64,000 bases of DNA from Octopus sinensis (Eukaryota): positions 10,416,001-10,480,000 of the forward strand of contig NC_043023.1 in the NCBI RefSeq assembly GCF_006345805.1, read 5' to 3'. Numbering within the stretch: position 1 is the stretch's first letter; each line of letters begins with the position of its first letter. Shown in pieces: positions 1 to 12,850 of this stretch. The translations under genes and the position numbers were made by a program. The notes beneath the pieces are model-generated. The model did not search any database, was not told the DNA's origin, and saw only the letters and a program-made list of their open reading frames with translations.

Positions 1-756
1 TGTGGTCGGTCGGTTGAGCTGAAAATATGCACAGCTCTGCTAAAAGTGCTGGCAAGTTTGCATGACAAATATTTTTTTCCTCAAATGAAAGGCGTGGCCT
101 CTAGGACAAAATTCCTCATCTTATAAAATGTGGCCCCAGTACACCCGAATGAAATCAAGTTGTATTAACCAAAATGTGAAAAGGGGTCTAAATGGGGCTG
201 GAAGGGGATTAAAATTTAAAGGAGCGGGTGTTTAGGAATTCTCTGTTACATCAAGCTAAAAATTTTGAGCCAGCCTTTTAATCGTCAATGTGTTGCCGTC
301 TACGATGAAGAAGTTTTGCATGCTTGCCATGGTGAGTCTACTGTCATGAGAAAGAATCACTTCAAAAATTGGTGTTTACCAATTTTCTTTTACATCAAGT
401 TCAAAATTTTACGCCAGCCATTAAACTGTCAATATGTTGCTGTCCATCGTTAAGAAATGCCAGCCATGGTGACTCTACTATCCTCAGATTCTATCCCTTT
501 AAACTTTTGTTTCCAATATTTTATTATTTTTATTCAGCTCGCAAGTTCGTCAGTCCCTTTTAAATGTTAGTGTTTTGCTGTCTGCCTTGAAGCAGACCTT
601 TCTGTTGCCACTGCCTGATATTTATGATTGATCTTTCTAAATATTTTATTTCTCAACTTTCTCAAGATCTTTTGTTGTTTATAAATGGGAGAGAGATAGA
701 AAAAGATAGAGAGTAAGAGAAAGCGAGGGAGAGTCCGAAAGAAACAAAGAGGGAGA

Positions 757-1060
757 ATCATCATCATCGCTTAATGTTCGTTTTCCGTGCTAGCACGGGT
801 TGGACAGTTTGATCGAGGTCTAGGAAGCCTGGAGGCTTGCCAGGCTCCAGCCTGATCTGGCAGTGTTTCTACTGGTGGATGACCTTCCTAACGCCAACCA
901 CTCTGTGAGTGTAGTGAGTGCTTTTTACGTGCCGCCGGCACAGGTGCCAGGGGGGCTTGCAGCTGCAACGATCGGCTGGTGCTTTTTACGTGCCACCAGC
1001 ACAGAAGCCAGTCAAGGCGGCGCTGCTATGCGCCACGTTCGGATGGTGCTTTTTACGTGC
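757..1060 (-). mobile_element. SINE-like / isolated RTE 3'-UTR element
   Basis: Reverse complement of the RTE 3' end (cccatgctagcatggaaagcggacgttaaac-(gat)n) with gtgccggtggcac modules; matches 56200-56600. Confidence 0.75.
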
Positions 1061-1087
1061 TGAAAGGAAGCAACAGAAAGTAACAAA

Positions 1088-1370
1088 TATATATATGAAG
1101 CTATTATGTTACTTCTCATATATATTTGAAGGTGCATGGCTCAATCGTGAGTTCAATTCCCGTCATCTTCATCACATTGAACAATGTTAAAGGTTAAAGG
1201 GTCAAAGCGAAATGCAGCCACATTTTCTCTACAAAACTACTTTAAAACGTTTTCCAATGGCTGAATGACGAAACGTATTAATCTGGTTTCTGCCCTAAAT
1301 ATTCTGCTAAAGTAAGGATGCATCTTGTACACCAGCAAATACTCAGTGAAGTGCAAGTAAATCAGTTGAC
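1088..1370 (+). repeat. Dispersed copy of the block that follows the Helitron in the tandem units
   Basis: Near-identical to about 31135-31395, 49197-49455 and 56612-56880; shares the gttaaaggttaaaggg duplication and attatg variant specifically with the 56.6 kb copy. Confidence 0.8.
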
Positions 1371-1464
1371 CATAAGATTGACTCCTCGTTGTGAAACGAC
1401 GGAGATCCACCACCGATAAGGAAAATTAGTGAGTACAGGGAGATAAGCAAGGGCATGAGCCTAA

Positions 1465-2331
1465 TTACGGTTTCACTCCTGTATGAATACGTATGTGTCT
1501 AGTTAAATTGTTCTTTTCAGAGAATAATTTACCACAGATATCACAGTGATACGGCTTTTCTCCTGTATGACTTCGTTTGTGTCCAATTAAACTACTGCTT
1601 ACAGAGAAAGATTTACCACAGATATCACAGTGAAATGGTTTTTCCCCTGTGTGAATGCATTTGTGTGTAGTTAGGCTATTGTTTTCAGAGAATGATTTAC
1701 CATAGACATCACAGGGAAATGGCTTCTCTCCTGTATGAATGCGTCTGTGTTTAGTTAAGCTAACTTGTATAGGAAATGATTTACCACAGATATTACAGTG
1801 ATACGGTGTCTCCCCTGTATGAACACGTCTGTGTACAATTAAGGCACTTCCGTTAGAGAATGATTTACCACAGATATTACAGTGAAATGGTTTCTCTCCC
1901 GTGTGAATACGCCTGTGTCTAGTTAAATTACTACTCTGAGAGAACGATTTACCACAAACATCACAGTGAAATTGCTTCTCTCCTGTATGTATACGTTTGT
2001 GTACAGCCAGATTACAACTTGCAGTGAATGAATTACCACAAATATCACAGCGAAATGGCTTCTCTCCGGAATGAATACGTTTGTGTTTGGTTAAGTCACA
2101 GCTTTGAGAGTATGATTTACCACAGATACCACAGTGATATGGTTTCTCTCCTGTGTGAATACGCTTGTGAGTAGTTAACACACTATTTTGAGAGAATGAT
2201 TTACCACAGATATCACAGTCAAACGGTTTTTCTCCTGTGTGAGTACGCTTGTGTCTATCTAAGAAATCACTTCTAGTGGTTGATTTACCACAGATATCAC
2301 GATACAATGATTTTCGCATATTTGTCAGCAT
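1465..2331 (-). CDS. C2H2 zinc-finger protein, 10 finger units (8 intact)
   Basis: ATG-started 288-aa ORF of CxxC...HxxxH repeats with TGEKP linkers; unit 1 lacks the first Cys, unit 8 has CDVY. Candidate acceptor tttcag at 2713-2718 (minus). Confidence 0.9.
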   Translation of the reverse strand: MLTNMRKSLYRDICGKSTTRSDFLDRHKRTHTGEKPFDCDICGKSFSQNSVLTTHKRIHTGEKPYHCGICGKSYSQSCDLTKHKRIHSGEKPFRCDICGNSFTASCNLAVHKRIHTGEKQFHCDVCGKSFSQSSNLTRHRRIHTGEKPFHCNICGKSFSNGSALIVHRRVHTGETPYHCNICGKSFPIQVSLTKHRRIHTGEKPFPCDVYGKSFSENNSLTTHKCIHTGEKPFHCDICGKSFSVSSSLIGHKRSHTGEKPYHCDICGKLFSEKNNLTRHIRIHTGVKP

Positions 2332-2912
2332 TTCTTTGAGGAATCAAAATAGACCCAATCCTTGGCCTTTCTCACCACATTAAAGTTTTACCCCTATCTT
2401 TATCCTTCTTTTTATAGTTTATTCCTTACAAATATTTCCACTGCAAACTTCACTGATATCTAAAGATGCTATAAATTAAGAAAGTCATCAAAGAGTAACG
2501 AGAATGCAAAGCATCAGCTAATGAAATAGAAAAATGTTGCTATTAATCACAGTTCAGAGCAAACATTTCATAGAATTTCTACCAAAGATTTAAAGAAATA
2601 GTCTTCGATGCGTTCTGTGTAAACTTTTCCTCAAGACTTTAAAAGACGAAAAATGTCGAAGATGTATTCATTATAAAAGAAAATTTCTTTGATGCCAATG
2701 TCATCCGTAAATCTGAAATGATAAAGAAACAGAATTAGATAGAGAGAGAAAGATCAAAAGAGAAATGTTACAATATTTCTTTATTAATTAACAAATGACA
2801 TCATATAACATTGGGTGAAATGTAAAAATTTGTAAACTACAACTACTCTTTAACATTGGGTAACATTACTCATGCACGCACATATATACATATCTCTATC
2901 TATCTATATATA

Positions 2913-3475
2913 CATATATAAATTTATGGCGATCTTTCGTCTCTAGTAGACCTTTCCGTCGATGATTTCCGTAAAAAACTTTTATTTTTTTACATATGGG
3001 CTTGCGGGAACATTTGAAGTAATGAGAGCGAAAGAGACTAAGAGGAAGCGATTTTATGACGATACATACACACACACACATACATGCAGACATACATATA
3101 CACATACACCGACTAAAAAATTACACTGAATCGGCCATACATAGATACATACACACACACATACATACATATACACATACACCGAGTAAAAATTTTCAGT
3201 TACCTTTTCCTTTCACACACACTAACAGAAGCACTTCACTTACACAACATACTGTCTGTCTCCCACACCCCATCAAACACACACACACATGTACATCAAT
3301 GCTTCGGTAACTTCAAAAGAACTTCCCTCGACATAAAATCGCTTCCTCTTAGTCTCTTTCGCTTTCATTACTTCAAATGTTCCCGCAAGCCCATATGTAA
3401 AAAAATAAAAGTCTTTTACGGAAATCATCGACGGAATGGTCTACTACAAACGAAAGATTGCCAAATTTATATATG
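2913..3475. mobile_element. Fold-back element (MITE-like), about 145-bp inverted arms
   Basis: 2913-3058 is the near-perfect reverse complement of 3330-3475; CA-rich spacer; TA-rich ends. Confidence 0.7.
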
Positions 3476-5040
3476 ATGAGTTCAGGTTAGGCGGGGAACA
3501 ATATTTTGATTTTTTGGGGCTTCATTTTTGAGAACTCCCTGAAAAGATGTGGTTAGGGTCACAGAACAATGATATAAACATTTTTGCAATTTCAATTCTG
3601 GTAACTCCCCAAACCGAAAGGATCCCGCATTTCTGTAGTAATGCCCTAAATTTACTGACAAAATATACGTTATTAAACGATTAAAGGACTCAAAAGAAAA
3701 TTACACAAATCGGGTGTCAAAAGGGGAAATATCGTTTACCAAAAGGAAACCCGTTGTGAGGGAGGTCTTCCTGCTTGTCTTCAGGAATACTTAAAAAGCT
3801 GACAAATGTCTGTAGATATAGACTAACCTCCTATGGTTCAGTTTCTTGTCTTAGATATTACACACCTCCGTTAACAAGTGTGCAACAAATGCTATGTAGA
3901 TATATTTTTTCACTTACCATTAGAATACTTGTTGATCTGACCAGGATCCTTTCTTGAAATCGAGTTTGTTTTTCCCACCATGGATAGTAGAAAGGCGCAC
4001 AATACTTGCTACAAAGGGGCATACAAACAATTCGTGCTTTCGATCTAAGGTCCAAATGAAATATGAAGAAGGGCGAGCAAAGTTCCTCGATTGAAAGCTT
4101 TCCCCCCCCCCTTTCCTGTAAAATAGGGAACAACCAACTAAAACTGTGATCAAGAGAAATATTAAATCACAAATCATGTAAGTCGCTTCATGTTATTCAT
4201 AGAGATCAACGTTTACCTGAACACGAGGTATTACTACATCTGATATAATTAGATTCGTCTTAATTAGAAGCACGTGCAGAAGCTGTTGATAATTATTCCC
4301 GCGCTTGAACGACACCGGTGACATATATTAAAAGTCCCCGATATATAACACGAAAAGACATTAAAATTATATTAATTAACACCTTTAATTGCATCTCACC
4401 CAAGGTAAATGATAAAAACCTCATCCAGCTAAATAGTAATTACGTCTCAACAAGAGTGTCTGCGCACGGTCACTGAACCTGCTAAAAATAGCAGCCAGAT
4501 GTTTCTGACATCATTACATCTTAGCATTAGAATGCATATAATCGTATGTTTGTTCATTAAACGGACATATGATTAGAAACACAGCAGGTGGTGTTCCCTA
4601 CGCCTTTATCAGGGGTCGCCAAACTTTTTCGACCATCGACCCTCAACTATAGCGAAAATCTAAACGGAGCCCTTCCCGGCTTTGAAATTTCTTTCTGTTT
4701 TTTTTTCCCGGAATCCCACGTTTTTAGGCCATGGAAATTTCGATTCTGGAAAAGATTTTTTCAACAATCCCAATATCAAAATTTCAGTCCCATATCCCTT
4801 TCCTTCGTTTTTTAACTTTTTCCTTAAATAGAGGGGGAAGGGTTCCGTTTACGGCGGGGGGAAAGACAATGGACCGCACCCTCTTTCCGATGGTTTTTTG
4901 GTTTTGTTTTTACAGGAACCCACGATATCGAGTGCGGAGATTCTAAATCTGCAAAAACAATCTGCATTAAAAAATTTTTAATCTCCCCACGCAATTTCTT
5001 AAATTTTCTACTAAAAACAAAAACCGCTAAGTAACGGGGA

Positions 5041-5470
5041 CATAAACTCACCAGCATCGGTTGTCAAGCAATGCTAGGGGGACAAACACACACACGCATA
5101 TATATATCTATACATATATACGACGGGCTTCTTTCAGTTTCCGTCTACCAAACTCACTCACAAGGCTTTGGTCAGCCCGAAGCTATAGTAGAAGACACTT
5201 GCCCAAGGTGCCACGCAGTGAGACTGAACCCGAAACCATGTGGTTGGTAAACAAGCTACTTACCTCACAGCCACTCCTGTATGTATGTTTGTGTTTGTGT
5301 GTCCCCCCAAAAATGCTTGACAACTGATGCTGGTATGTTTATGTCCCCGTAACTTAGCGGATAGAATAAATGCTAGGCTTACAAAGAATTAGTCCCGGGG
5401 TCGATTTGCTCAACTAAAGGCGGTGCTCCAGCATGGCCACAGTCACATGACTGGAACAAGTAAAAGAGTA
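5041..5470. mobile_element. tRNA-type SINE: inverted 5' part (5041-5278, minus) joined to forward 3' part (5285-5470, plus)
   Basis: Both halves match the full-length SINE at 11561-11962 in opposite orientations. Confidence 0.8.
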
Positions 5471-5715
5471 TGTCTTACAGTGACGACATTGAAGTTGACG
5501 ATGATGAAATAGATATAGGAAATAACATATTCTACAGTGAAGATAATGAAATTGAGGCCGGCAGTGGGCAATTTGAGACGAAAATCTCTATAAATTACAC
5601 CAATAATCATTTGCATGGTTCCTGTATCAGGGGACCAGTATTTTGTAACACAATATATGAGTAAACTTTCTTAAAATGACCAGGTGAAGATTAAAAAAAC
5701 CAGAATTGAAAGTGA

Positions 5716-5790
5716 AATCTCTATGTGTATAAAGCTGAAGTTGTCTGTGTGTGGCAGGTTTTGTAGCCTTCAACTAACACTATCTCCTTC
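5716..5790 (+). mobile_element. 5' fragment of the non-autonomous Helitron
   Basis: tctatgtgtataaagctgaagttgtctgtgtgtggcagg matches the start of 30734-31132. Confidence 0.65.
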
Positions 5791-5954
5791 GTGGCCGACC
5801 GATTGATGGCCGGAATGAACTATTATAGAAGTTATTTCCCTTCATTTCATAGTATTTCTCTAATTCTCTCCTAGATGGCTCTACTGACAGGTGGGATTCC
5901 CTCCAGTATCCCCCTTAGTTTTATTCTATTAATATCTCTATTGTGTGTCAAGGT

Positions 5955-6070
5955 GCTCATTTGAGGGAATGATTTGCCACAGATCTCGCACTGATATATC
6001 TTCTCTCCTGTAAGAATATATTTCTGTTTAGCTAAAACGCTAAATAGAAAATCTCACAGTGATAAAATCT
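5955..6070 (-). pseudogene. Degenerate C2H2 finger remnant
   Basis: Minus strand reads aca gga gag aag ata tat cag tgc gag atc tgt ggc aaa tca ttc ([15 protein letters not shown]); no open context. Confidence 0.65.
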
Positions 6071-6789
6071 TTATTATGATCTTGAGATCGAACATAGAAA
6101 ACGACATAACAGTACAAAGAATTACAAAAATGGGATATTTTCCTTTTGAACGGCAGTTTTCAACACAATTTCTAGTTAACTAAACACTTTTAAACTTCGT
6201 ATACTGGCAGAATGTGTCAAAATAAAACATTTTTTTCTCTTGGCTTTCTTGACAAAATTGTAATTTGTAAGTTTAACGTAGTTTAATATTCCAAATTTTA
6301 ACCAATCCTATGCCCTCTATTGAGCAAAAATCATTTGCTACGTCTAAAACAGACAACATCCTGTCACTAACCCTTCAACTGCAGAAGGCATATCCTAATG
6401 TCAGCCCTTCTACAGAGTGCACTGGGTGTTATTTTTTCTTTTTTATGTGACAACAAAACCGTCAGGGTCCCCAAGGACCATGCAAGACAAAATAGCTCAA
6501 AACTGGCAGGGTGGAAGGTAGTATTGAAGGAACGTCACTTTGTGCCCGTTGACAGGTTTAAGGGAGAAAGGGAACAGGGTCCAGATATAGAGCAAAAAAA
6601 AACAAGCACAAAATAGATATTTTATTCATTATTCTTTATCAAGAAATTCCTCGCTTCACCTCCAGAGAAAACACAGATTTTCAAAAATGGCCAGCTAAAT
6701 CCTTAACTTTCAACCTGTTACTTTCATATTTTTAAGCGTTTGTTTGGATACCTTGATCTGTTCCCCTTTCGTTTCTCTATTTATCTCTA

Positions 6790-7060
6790 AACATGGCGTC
6801 TTCATGCATTTTTAAAGTTTACCTTTTCTTTCAGCGCCATCTTTGTTGTTTATTCCATTCTCCTTCAAAATATGCTCCCTCGTATCATATATCATATCGT
6901 ATTTATTATTTATTTTTTCATTCTCTCTCTGGCTTTCATCCATTTATCTAATTATTTTTCCCCTGAAATATAATATTCAAACTAGTTGCTTCGATGTTCG
7001 CGCCCGCCCTCCCACCCCCTCCACCAGTACTGGAAGTTTCTACCCAAATACCGGAAGTTC
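6790..7060 (-). promoter_or_regulatory. Candidate promoter and first exon for the 1465-2331 gene
   Basis: ETS CCGGAAGT 7051-7058, GC-box cgcccgccc 7001-7009, YY1-type CGCCATCTT 6835-6843, minus-strand donor AAG|GTAAAC at 6823/6822. Confidence 0.5.
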
Positions 7061-7134
7061 TACCCCTGTCTTACTTAACTACCCCCCACCCCCACTCGCA
7101 CCTATGTAGGGTTTATCTGATCATATAGCGCATA

Positions 7135-7455
7135 TGTGTCGGTGGCACATAAAAAACACCATCCGAGCGTGGCCGTCTGCCAGCCTCGTCTGGCACTTGT
7201 GTCGGCGGCACATAAAAAACACCATCCGAGCGTGGCTGTCTGCCAGCCTCGTCTGGTACCTGTGTCGGTGGCACATAAAATCACCCACTACACTCTCGGA
7301 GTGGTTGGCGTTAGGAAGGGCATCCAGCTGTAGAAACACTGCCAATCTGACTGGCCTGGTGCAGCCTTCGGGCTCCCCAGACCCCAGTTGAACCGTCCCA
7401 CCCATGCTAGCATGGAAAGCGGACGTTAAACGATGATGATGATGATGATGATGAT
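7135..7455 (+). mobile_element. SINE-like / isolated RTE 3'-UTR element with about 63-bp modules and (GAT)n tail
   Basis: Near-identical to 56280-56600. Confidence 0.8.
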
Positions 7456-7529
7456 GAAAGGAAAAAGCCTGTGTTTTAGCAGACCAATTAGTGTTAATTA
7501 TCGTTATGACTTCATAAATTTTGACATTG

Positions 7530-7781
7530 AGACAGTAACACGTCTCTGTGAATACCCCCATGTTTATGCATGTGGCTTTTTCGAGAGAATCATTTGCCAC
7601 ACATGTCACACGGACATGGCTACTCTCATGTAGGGATTCGTTCATGGACAGTTAAGTTAGGTCTATGAGAGAATGCTTTAACACAGACACGACCATTACA
7701 TAGGTTTTGTCTGGGATGAACATTTCCGTGTGTAGTTACAACACCATTTCCAAAAAATGAATTACAACAACTAATGCAAGG
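7530..7781 (-). pseudogene. Dead finger tail downstream of the 7782-8540 stop
   Basis: Minus strand reads KAFSHRPNLTVHERIPT*E* and other broken finger sequence. Confidence 0.65.
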
Positions 7782-8540
<759 letters not shown>

Positions 8541-9761
8541 TCAAGAGAAAGAAAAATATTTCGTTGTTCCTTGTTATAGATTGTATTTATATACAGAGGT
8601 AGACTTATTCATGAATGCTCCTTATAAATATACTGTCTTCCTTTAGGTGATGAGAATATCAAAGACACTTCTGAATGGAGAGATTTCCTTCACGTCAACA
8701 TGTTGTGATATTCTGAAATAGAAAAAGAAGCAGTAAGATAAAACTGGACAGTTCACCAACATAAGTAAATAAACATTGCAGATTTTATATCAATACTATT
8801 GTCATGCATTTACTGTCCATGCTTGCATAAGTAGATTGAGTTGGAAGGTGTTAGAAGCTAATGGGAATGGAGCTAGCCAAAACGAAAATATAGTGGGCAT
8901 AACATGACCAGAGTAGTGAGTTGATGCCATCCAGAATTTCGCAGAGCAAAGTTGCCACAAGTGAAATGGGCTGTTTAAGAAGTGATCAGAGTTAATGATG
9001 AAGAAGCATTGTTACTCGTCTGCCGCCTTTCCGCTAACTAATTAAAACTCCCACTTCTCTTCATGGGCACTGAACTTCCCTCTAGGATCCATGCGTGCCC
9101 ACACTGATGGGCTGAAGAATGACATAGCAGAACCGTGCTATGATGTGAGAACTAAAATAGCTTTCCTGAGTTGCTACAATATTAAATACTGGCAGAATCA
9201 CTAAGATTTCGGATTAATTGCTTAACAGCATTTCGTTCGTAAATAGCTTTGTCAAACTAGAGATAAAAGCAATCAGGAATGGGAGTGTGTCTGTGCATTG
9301 TTTATTTCTCTTCAATCAGGTACACACTGTGAGGGCGAGTACGATCGATCATTTGAGCATCCAGATGCCCCTCCCACCTAACCAGGAGTCCCTTCTCTGA
9401 AGACCAGCTTGCTAGCTAGCCCACAGTGAAGGTCCCTCTTTATATTTCGTCTGTCATGAGTTGGTGCCCCAAATGTCTTTCCTTCCACTGAGGTCGACTT
9501 TCATCCTTTCGAGGTAAATAAAATAAGCAGTAGAGCACTCGAGTCCCTGAAGTTAACTCGTCCCCTTCCTACAAATTTCAGGTTTTGTACTTAAAAATAC
9601 AAAAAGAAAAATCATTATTATTATTATTATTATCATCAACATTAATATTTTATAAACCCCAAAAAATCCTGACTCCAAATACATCTTACAATTTCATGAG
9701 TCCTTCATGAAAAAAAGGGACAACGGTAATTATTCTTCTTCCTCTCGTAGGGGTTACGACT

Positions 9762-9900
9762 ACTCACGGAAATGGCGACACACATCTTTGTGAGCAGGGA
9801 GGATCTCCTCAGTAGAATCAATAGCTGCAAACCCTCTGAACACCTCACGGGTTGTGTCCGGGTAGAATGGATATAATTCGCCTCTACCCATCTATAGACA
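9762..9900 (-). promoter_or_regulatory. Candidate non-coding first exon of the 7782-8540 gene
   Basis: Minus strand cgccatttcc|GTGAGT: YY1-like motif followed by a consensus donor at 9767-9762. Confidence 0.4.
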
Positions 9901-9970
9901 GAGATTTTCTTGTGGGGTGCTTGTAAAGACAAGAACATTACATACGTTGGTGAGACATCTAGAAGCATTG
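9895..9970 (+). mobile_element. Penelope-like GIY-YIG endonuclease remnant
   Basis: Reads ...ACKDKNITYVGETSRSI, resembling the PLE C-x2-C...YVGETxR motif; frameshifted upstream. Confidence 0.45.
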
Positions 9971-10035
9971 CAGGGGGATGAAATAAAAATTAGAGGCAGC
10001 ATGACCCCATAACCAGTCCTCCATACTCTACCAAA

Positions 10036-10413
10036 GGTACTACTCAAGAAGAATGGTCCCGGTGCGCGCACTTGTGCTAGTCCGTCATGACTGGTCGATC
10101 CTTCAATGACTACCTAGCGCGAGTATGCAAATTAACAGATGCGCGCATAATAATATATGTATATAATGGCTGAATATATATCAAATAAAATGGGTTTTGT
10201 CTAAAAAAAAGTAAATAAAAGACTCAACAAAAGAAATTACTTAATTTGTGTTTTATTTTCTTTGTTTAAAAAAAATTATTTGCTAAAAAAAACCTCATAC
10301 ATGTCTAGCGCATGCGAGTGTGATTTTTAGTCGCGCACTCGCCTTACGTAGTCTTTGTAAGATCGACTAGTCACGACTAGCTAGCACCGGGACCACACTT
10401 GTAGAAAAGTACC
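10036..10413. mobile_element. TIR element related to 13680-14081
   Basis: GGTAC...tggtcccggtg and caccgggacca...GTACC termini; no TSD recognisable. Confidence 0.55.
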
Positions 10414-10414
10414 C

Positions 10415-10845
<431 letters not shown>

Positions 10846-11560
10846 CTTACTTGGAGGAGATGAAATGAAACAAAACGAACTGAATCGAATCTACGTGAGG
10901 GCGCTCAGTCATACAATAGTGTAATAAATAAAATATATGCATACATACATTGATATATGTGCGTACCTACATCTATATGTATATATACATGCATATATAA
11001 ATATATATACGTGAGTACAGGACACCATAAATAGACGTAGAACTCAACGAGAAACGAAAATGTAAAAACAAACATGGAAACGGATCTTTTTTAACAACGA
11101 CAAAACAGAGTACAAGACAAACTACACAAGGAAAAATCCCCTTCATCAGCTGTCCCTAGTTCAACTCCAGCGTGTTTCGAAGGTGAGGACAGAACACGAC
11201 TCGCCGAACTAGCCCTTCCTGCGAAAGAATTAAATAAAATTACTTCGCAGAGGGGTAAAAGCAAGGAAAGAAAAAAATGTGACAAAAACAGGACGTAAAA
11301 ACAACACAAATAAAAATACAGTACAAGAAATAAAAACAAACAAGAAAACAAACAATGAGGGCCTTTTTTGGCCTAGACGAGGAAAGATTCTTAAGAGCGC
11401 TGGAAGAACATGTGTTCACTGTTAGAAGGCCGCAGGCGAAAGAAAATAGTCGCCCGGCTGTAACAACACACTGCTAAGCATTTTGCCCAGCATGGGTGTT
11501 TGCTGCCCTGCTCGCAATTTTATTAGATTCAGCTGTGCATCATTAACCAGCTAGAGTAGA

Positions 11561-11962
11561 CGCAGGAGTGGCTGTGTGGTAAGTAGCTTGCTAACCAACC
11601 ACATGGTTCCGGGTTCAGTCCCACTGCGTGGCATCTTGGGCAAGTGTCTTCTGCTATAGCCCCGGGCCGACCAATGCCTTGTGAGTGGATTTGGTAGACG
11701 GAAACTGAAAGAAGCCTGTCGTATATATGTATATATATATATATGTGTGTGTGTGTGTTTGTGTGATTGTGTTTGTCCCCCTAGCATTGCTTGACAACCG
11801 ATGCTGGTGTGTTTACGTCCCTTAGCGGTTCGGCAAAAGAGACCGATAGAATAAGTACTGGGCTTACAAAGAATAAGTCCTGGGGTCGATTTGCTCGACT
11901 AAAAGGCGGTGCTCCAGCATGGCCGCAGTCAAATGACTGAAACAAGTAAAAGAGTAAAAGAG
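11561..11962 (+). mobile_element. Full-length tRNA-type SINE (octopus OK-like family)
   Basis: A-box-like tggctgtgtggt, B-box-like ggttcagtcc, central (TA)/(TG) tract, gtaaaagag tail; at least five copies in the window. Family name is from recollection. Confidence 0.8.
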
Positions 11963-12048
11963 CGAGTAGCTGTCCTCTTGGGGTTAAAAATCACAGTTGA
12001 GTCTGCTCAAACGGACATCCATGTTAAACTGGCTACGAATATTACTTG

Positions 12049-12678
12049 TTACTCTTTACTCTTTTACTTGTTTCAGTCATTTGACTGCGGCCATGCTGGA
12101 GCACCGCCTTTAGTTGAGCAAATCGACCCCCAGGACTTATTCTTTGTAAGCCCAGTACTTATTCTATCAGTCTCTTTTCCCGAACCGCTAAGTGACGGGG
12201 AAGTAAAAGATCTATCTGCGACGATTTCATCTCAATCGAAGGAGAGGGGCTTTCTCCGTCCGGGTTGCGGATCCGTGGAATAAGCTGCCGGATGAGATGG
12301 TGAAGATGCCGACGACCGCTCGGTTCAAAGTCTCCCTTGACCACATGTGGCCTGAACTTTTTACATGAACACCACCCTGTACATAACTCCATGTCCCCCT
12401 ACATGGCCTTGCTTTTTGCTTTTTGAGCCAAAAAATTAACTAACACCAGCATCGGTTGTCAAGCGATGTTGGGGGGGGGGACAAACACAGACACACACAT
12501 ATATATATACATATATACGACAGGCTTCATTCAGTTTCCGTCTACCAAATCCACTCACAAGGCTTTGGTTGGCCCGAGGTTATAGCAGAAGACGCTTGCC
12601 CAAGATGCCACGCAGTGGGACTGAACTCGGAACCATGTGGTAAGCAAGCTACTTACCACACAGCCACTCCTGCGCCTA
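12049..12678 (-). mobile_element. Same SINE, antisense, split by a CR1 3' fragment
   Basis: 3' half 12049-12204, 5' half 12441-12678. Confidence 0.8.
12205..12440 (+). mobile_element. 5'-truncated CR1-clade LINE 3' end
   Basis: Matches 39280-39515; encodes RRFHLNRRRGAFSVRVADPWNKLPDEMVKMPTTARFKVSLDHMWPELF. Confidence 0.8.
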
Positions 12679-12739
12679 TAATAATTAATATAATAATAAT
12701 TATTATTTCAGTTCTGTATTTAAGAGATGAGGAATTATT

Positions 12740-12850
12740 TACATTGTTTACATTTGACGGATATTTGTCCTCATCTTGTTTGTTGTTAACGCAACATTTC
12801 GGCTGGTATACCCTCCAGCCTCCATCAGGTGTCTTGGGAGAAATTATGCA
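12740..12850 (-). mobile_element. Penelope-type terminal repeat fragment containing a degenerate minimal hammerhead ribozyme
   Basis: Minus 12833-12788: GACAC CUGAUGG A GGCUGG aggguaua CCAGCC GAAA U GUU GCGUU. Confidence 0.55.

Noticed and set aside
248-500. Two-copy repeat of about 143 bp
   Set aside because: Diverged, only two units, with no further structure or assignable family.
4610-4630. hAT/Charlie-like TIR CAGGGGTCGCCAAACTTTTT
   Set aside because: No matching second end or 8-bp TSD found; left unannotated.
5470-5664. Acidic 64-aa ORF (MSYSDDIEVDDDE...)
   Set aside because: The start lies at a SINE tail and there is no recognisable domain; possibly a TE remnant, unsupported as a gene.
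11140-11200. Possible hammerhead (minus-strand GAAA...CUGAUGA)
   Set aside because: Motif order would need type II topology, but stem I cannot close (G-G) and stem III is unsupported.
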